DNA of 6,105 nucleotides from a virus (Duplodnaviria; Heunggongvirae; Uroviricota; Caudoviricetes): IMG/VR virus record IMGVR_UViG_2529292872_000016; one strand, 5' to 3'. Shown piece by piece: positions 5,039 to 6,105 of this stretch (position 1 is its first letter; each line of letters starts with the position of its first letter). The notes under the pieces were generated by a model. It saw only the letters and a program-made list of their open reading frames with translations, ran no database searches and was not told where the DNA came from. The position numbers and the translations under genes were made by a program.

Positions 5039-5656
5039 TTACCCGAGCACGCCGGTTGCAAAAGCGTGATCAAGAAAACGAAAAATTAAATCAACCTGGG
5101 AACCATGCTTTTCTTCGAACGCCAGCGGATCCGCATGAAGCTCGTTGTGATGCTCCCGACACAGCGGTAGCGTGAAAATATCGTGGGATTTTGTTCCCAT
5201 TCCGCCCTGACCATGACCAATCAGATGATGAGGATCGTCCGCTGGCTTACCACAACACGCACACGGCTGTGTCTTTACCCAGCGTGTGTATTTCTCATTT
5301 ACCCAGCGGCGACGTTTAGGTCGTTTCATGAAGGATTCCGGAGACTCCGGATCAACGGCAATGCTGACCACCGTCTTTTCCTGTGGTGGGTTCTGTTGCT
5401 GGTGGGTGTGAGGCACGGTCGCAATATTTTTTGTGCGCTGCTTCAGTATGCTGGTGGCGGTCTGCTCTCCCGGTACGATGTCGCTTTCACGGTACACTGA
5501 GCGGATTTTTTCCGCCGGTAATCCCAGCGAACGACGCGATACAGCCTCAGGTAGCGCGTCCGCCACCTGATTGCAGACCGCCCACCAGGATAATTCAGCC
5601 AGAGATAATTCACGCTCCTGCGTACCGCTTATTGCGTGACGGATGACGTCAATCAT
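5039..5656 (-). CDS. Phage nin-region protein with C-terminal Cys/His HNH-like zinc-binding motif (possibly DUF968/YdfU-like), 205 aa
   Basis: Track ORF 5039..5656. C-terminal region CACCGKPADDPHHLIGHG...SHD...LPLCREHHNELH shows the C-x2-C ... HH ... C-x2-HH spacing of HNH-fold proteins. The N-terminal half is linker-like (QQQNPPQEK). The DUF assignment is from memory and unverified. Confidence 0.6.
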   Translation of the reverse strand: MIDVIRHAISGTQERELSLAELSWWAVCNQVADALPEAVSRRSLGLPAEKIRSVYRESDIVPGEQTATSILKQRTKNIATVPHTHQQQNPPQEKTVVSIAVDPESPESFMKRPKRRRWVNEKYTRWVKTQPCACCGKPADDPHHLIGHGQGGMGTKSHDIFTLPLCREHHNELHADPLAFEEKHGSQVDLIFRFLDHAFATGVLG

Positions 5657-6105
5657 CCATGCTGCAGATTTTGTTGAGCAAGTTGCTCAGTGATTCGGAT
5701 GTCTGGTCACGCAGCTGGTTGTCGCAGTGCCAGCACAACACCATTGCGCCGGTACCGTAACGGTGAATAACGGTTTCGCTGTGATGATAATCGCCGTGTG
5801 GCCACTGGCAGGATTTCACGTGACGTAATAACCAGTCAGACAGTGCACCAGCGCCGCCAGCTGCACGAATCACCCGCTCATCGCTGAAAAATGGCAGCAG
5901 TGATTTATCTTCCGCCAGCGGCTGGCGAACAGCAGGAACCGCTCCAGATGGCAGCGCCCGCATGTTTTTCGGTTCCGGCTCCACCAGCACCCTGCCGCGA
6001 TGAAAAACTGGCAATGATTCACGACCGGGCTTAAGGACCACCAGCCCGAGTTCCGGAACCAGAACAGGTCGAAGTAATACCCGCACATTACCTCCAGACG
6101 CGCTG
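5649..6105 (-). CDS. Hypothetical phage nin-region protein, Cys/His-containing; start uncertain (ORF remains open to the right window edge)
   Basis: Track ORF 5649..6086 begins at a GTG; the frame stays open upstream to 6105, so the true start may be outside the window. The C-terminus carries CQWPHGDYHH...CWHCDN. Its stop TGA (5651-5649) overlaps the ATG (5656-5654) of the downstream ORF by 8 nt. Confidence 0.4.
   Translation of the reverse strand, partial: SASGGNVRVLLRPVLVPELGLVVLKPGRESLPVFHRGRVLVEPEPKNMRALPSGAVPAVRQPLAEDKSLLPFFSDERVIRAAGGAGALSDWLLRHVKSCQWPHGDYHHSETVIHRYGTGAMVLCWHCDNQLRDQTSESLSNLLNKICSMDD

Noticed and set aside
4737-5646. Track plus-strand ORFs 4737-4931, 4945-5175, 5183-5500, 5383-5646
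   Set aside because: All are antisense to rusA and the HNH-like gene, which have proper SDs and conserved motifs.
5870-6088. Track ORF 5870-6088 (-), 72 aa
   Set aside because: Alternative frame overlapping the 5649-6105 ORF; W/C-rich, improbable composition.
1-6105. CRISPR arrays, IS elements, integrase or att sites
   Set aside because: No regularly spaced direct repeats, no transposase-like ORF and no terminal inverted repeats of IS type were seen; the tRNAs are internal phage tRNAs in the late region rather than an integration target next to an integrase.

Overview
This window reads as the Q-to-late-region junction of a lambdoid (Stx-phage-like) prophage of an enterobacterium, probably Escherichia/Shigella, with every supported gene on the minus strand. 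Going right to left (the direction of transcription): two Cys/His-rich nin-region ORFs, a RusA Holliday-junction resolvase, a short 82/DLP12-type Q antiterminator, then a visibly AT-rich ~2.3 kb cargo segment carrying a CPBP/Abi-family intramembrane protease gene and an AraC/XylS-family regulator gene, each followed by an intrinsic terminator. Next comes a three-tRNA cluster (Ile-CAU, Arg-UCG-like, Arg-UCU) in the same order as ileZ-argN-argO of Stx phages, another terminator, and the 5' part of a NanS-p-like sialate O-acetylesterase gene that runs off the left edge. No toxin genes sit between the tRNAs and the esterase. The most interesting candidate is the AT-rich cargo directly downstream of Q, especially the CPBP protease, whose function in a phage is not evident from sequence. 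All calls rest on manual translation, motif recognition and hand-folded hairpins; no database search or folding program was run.
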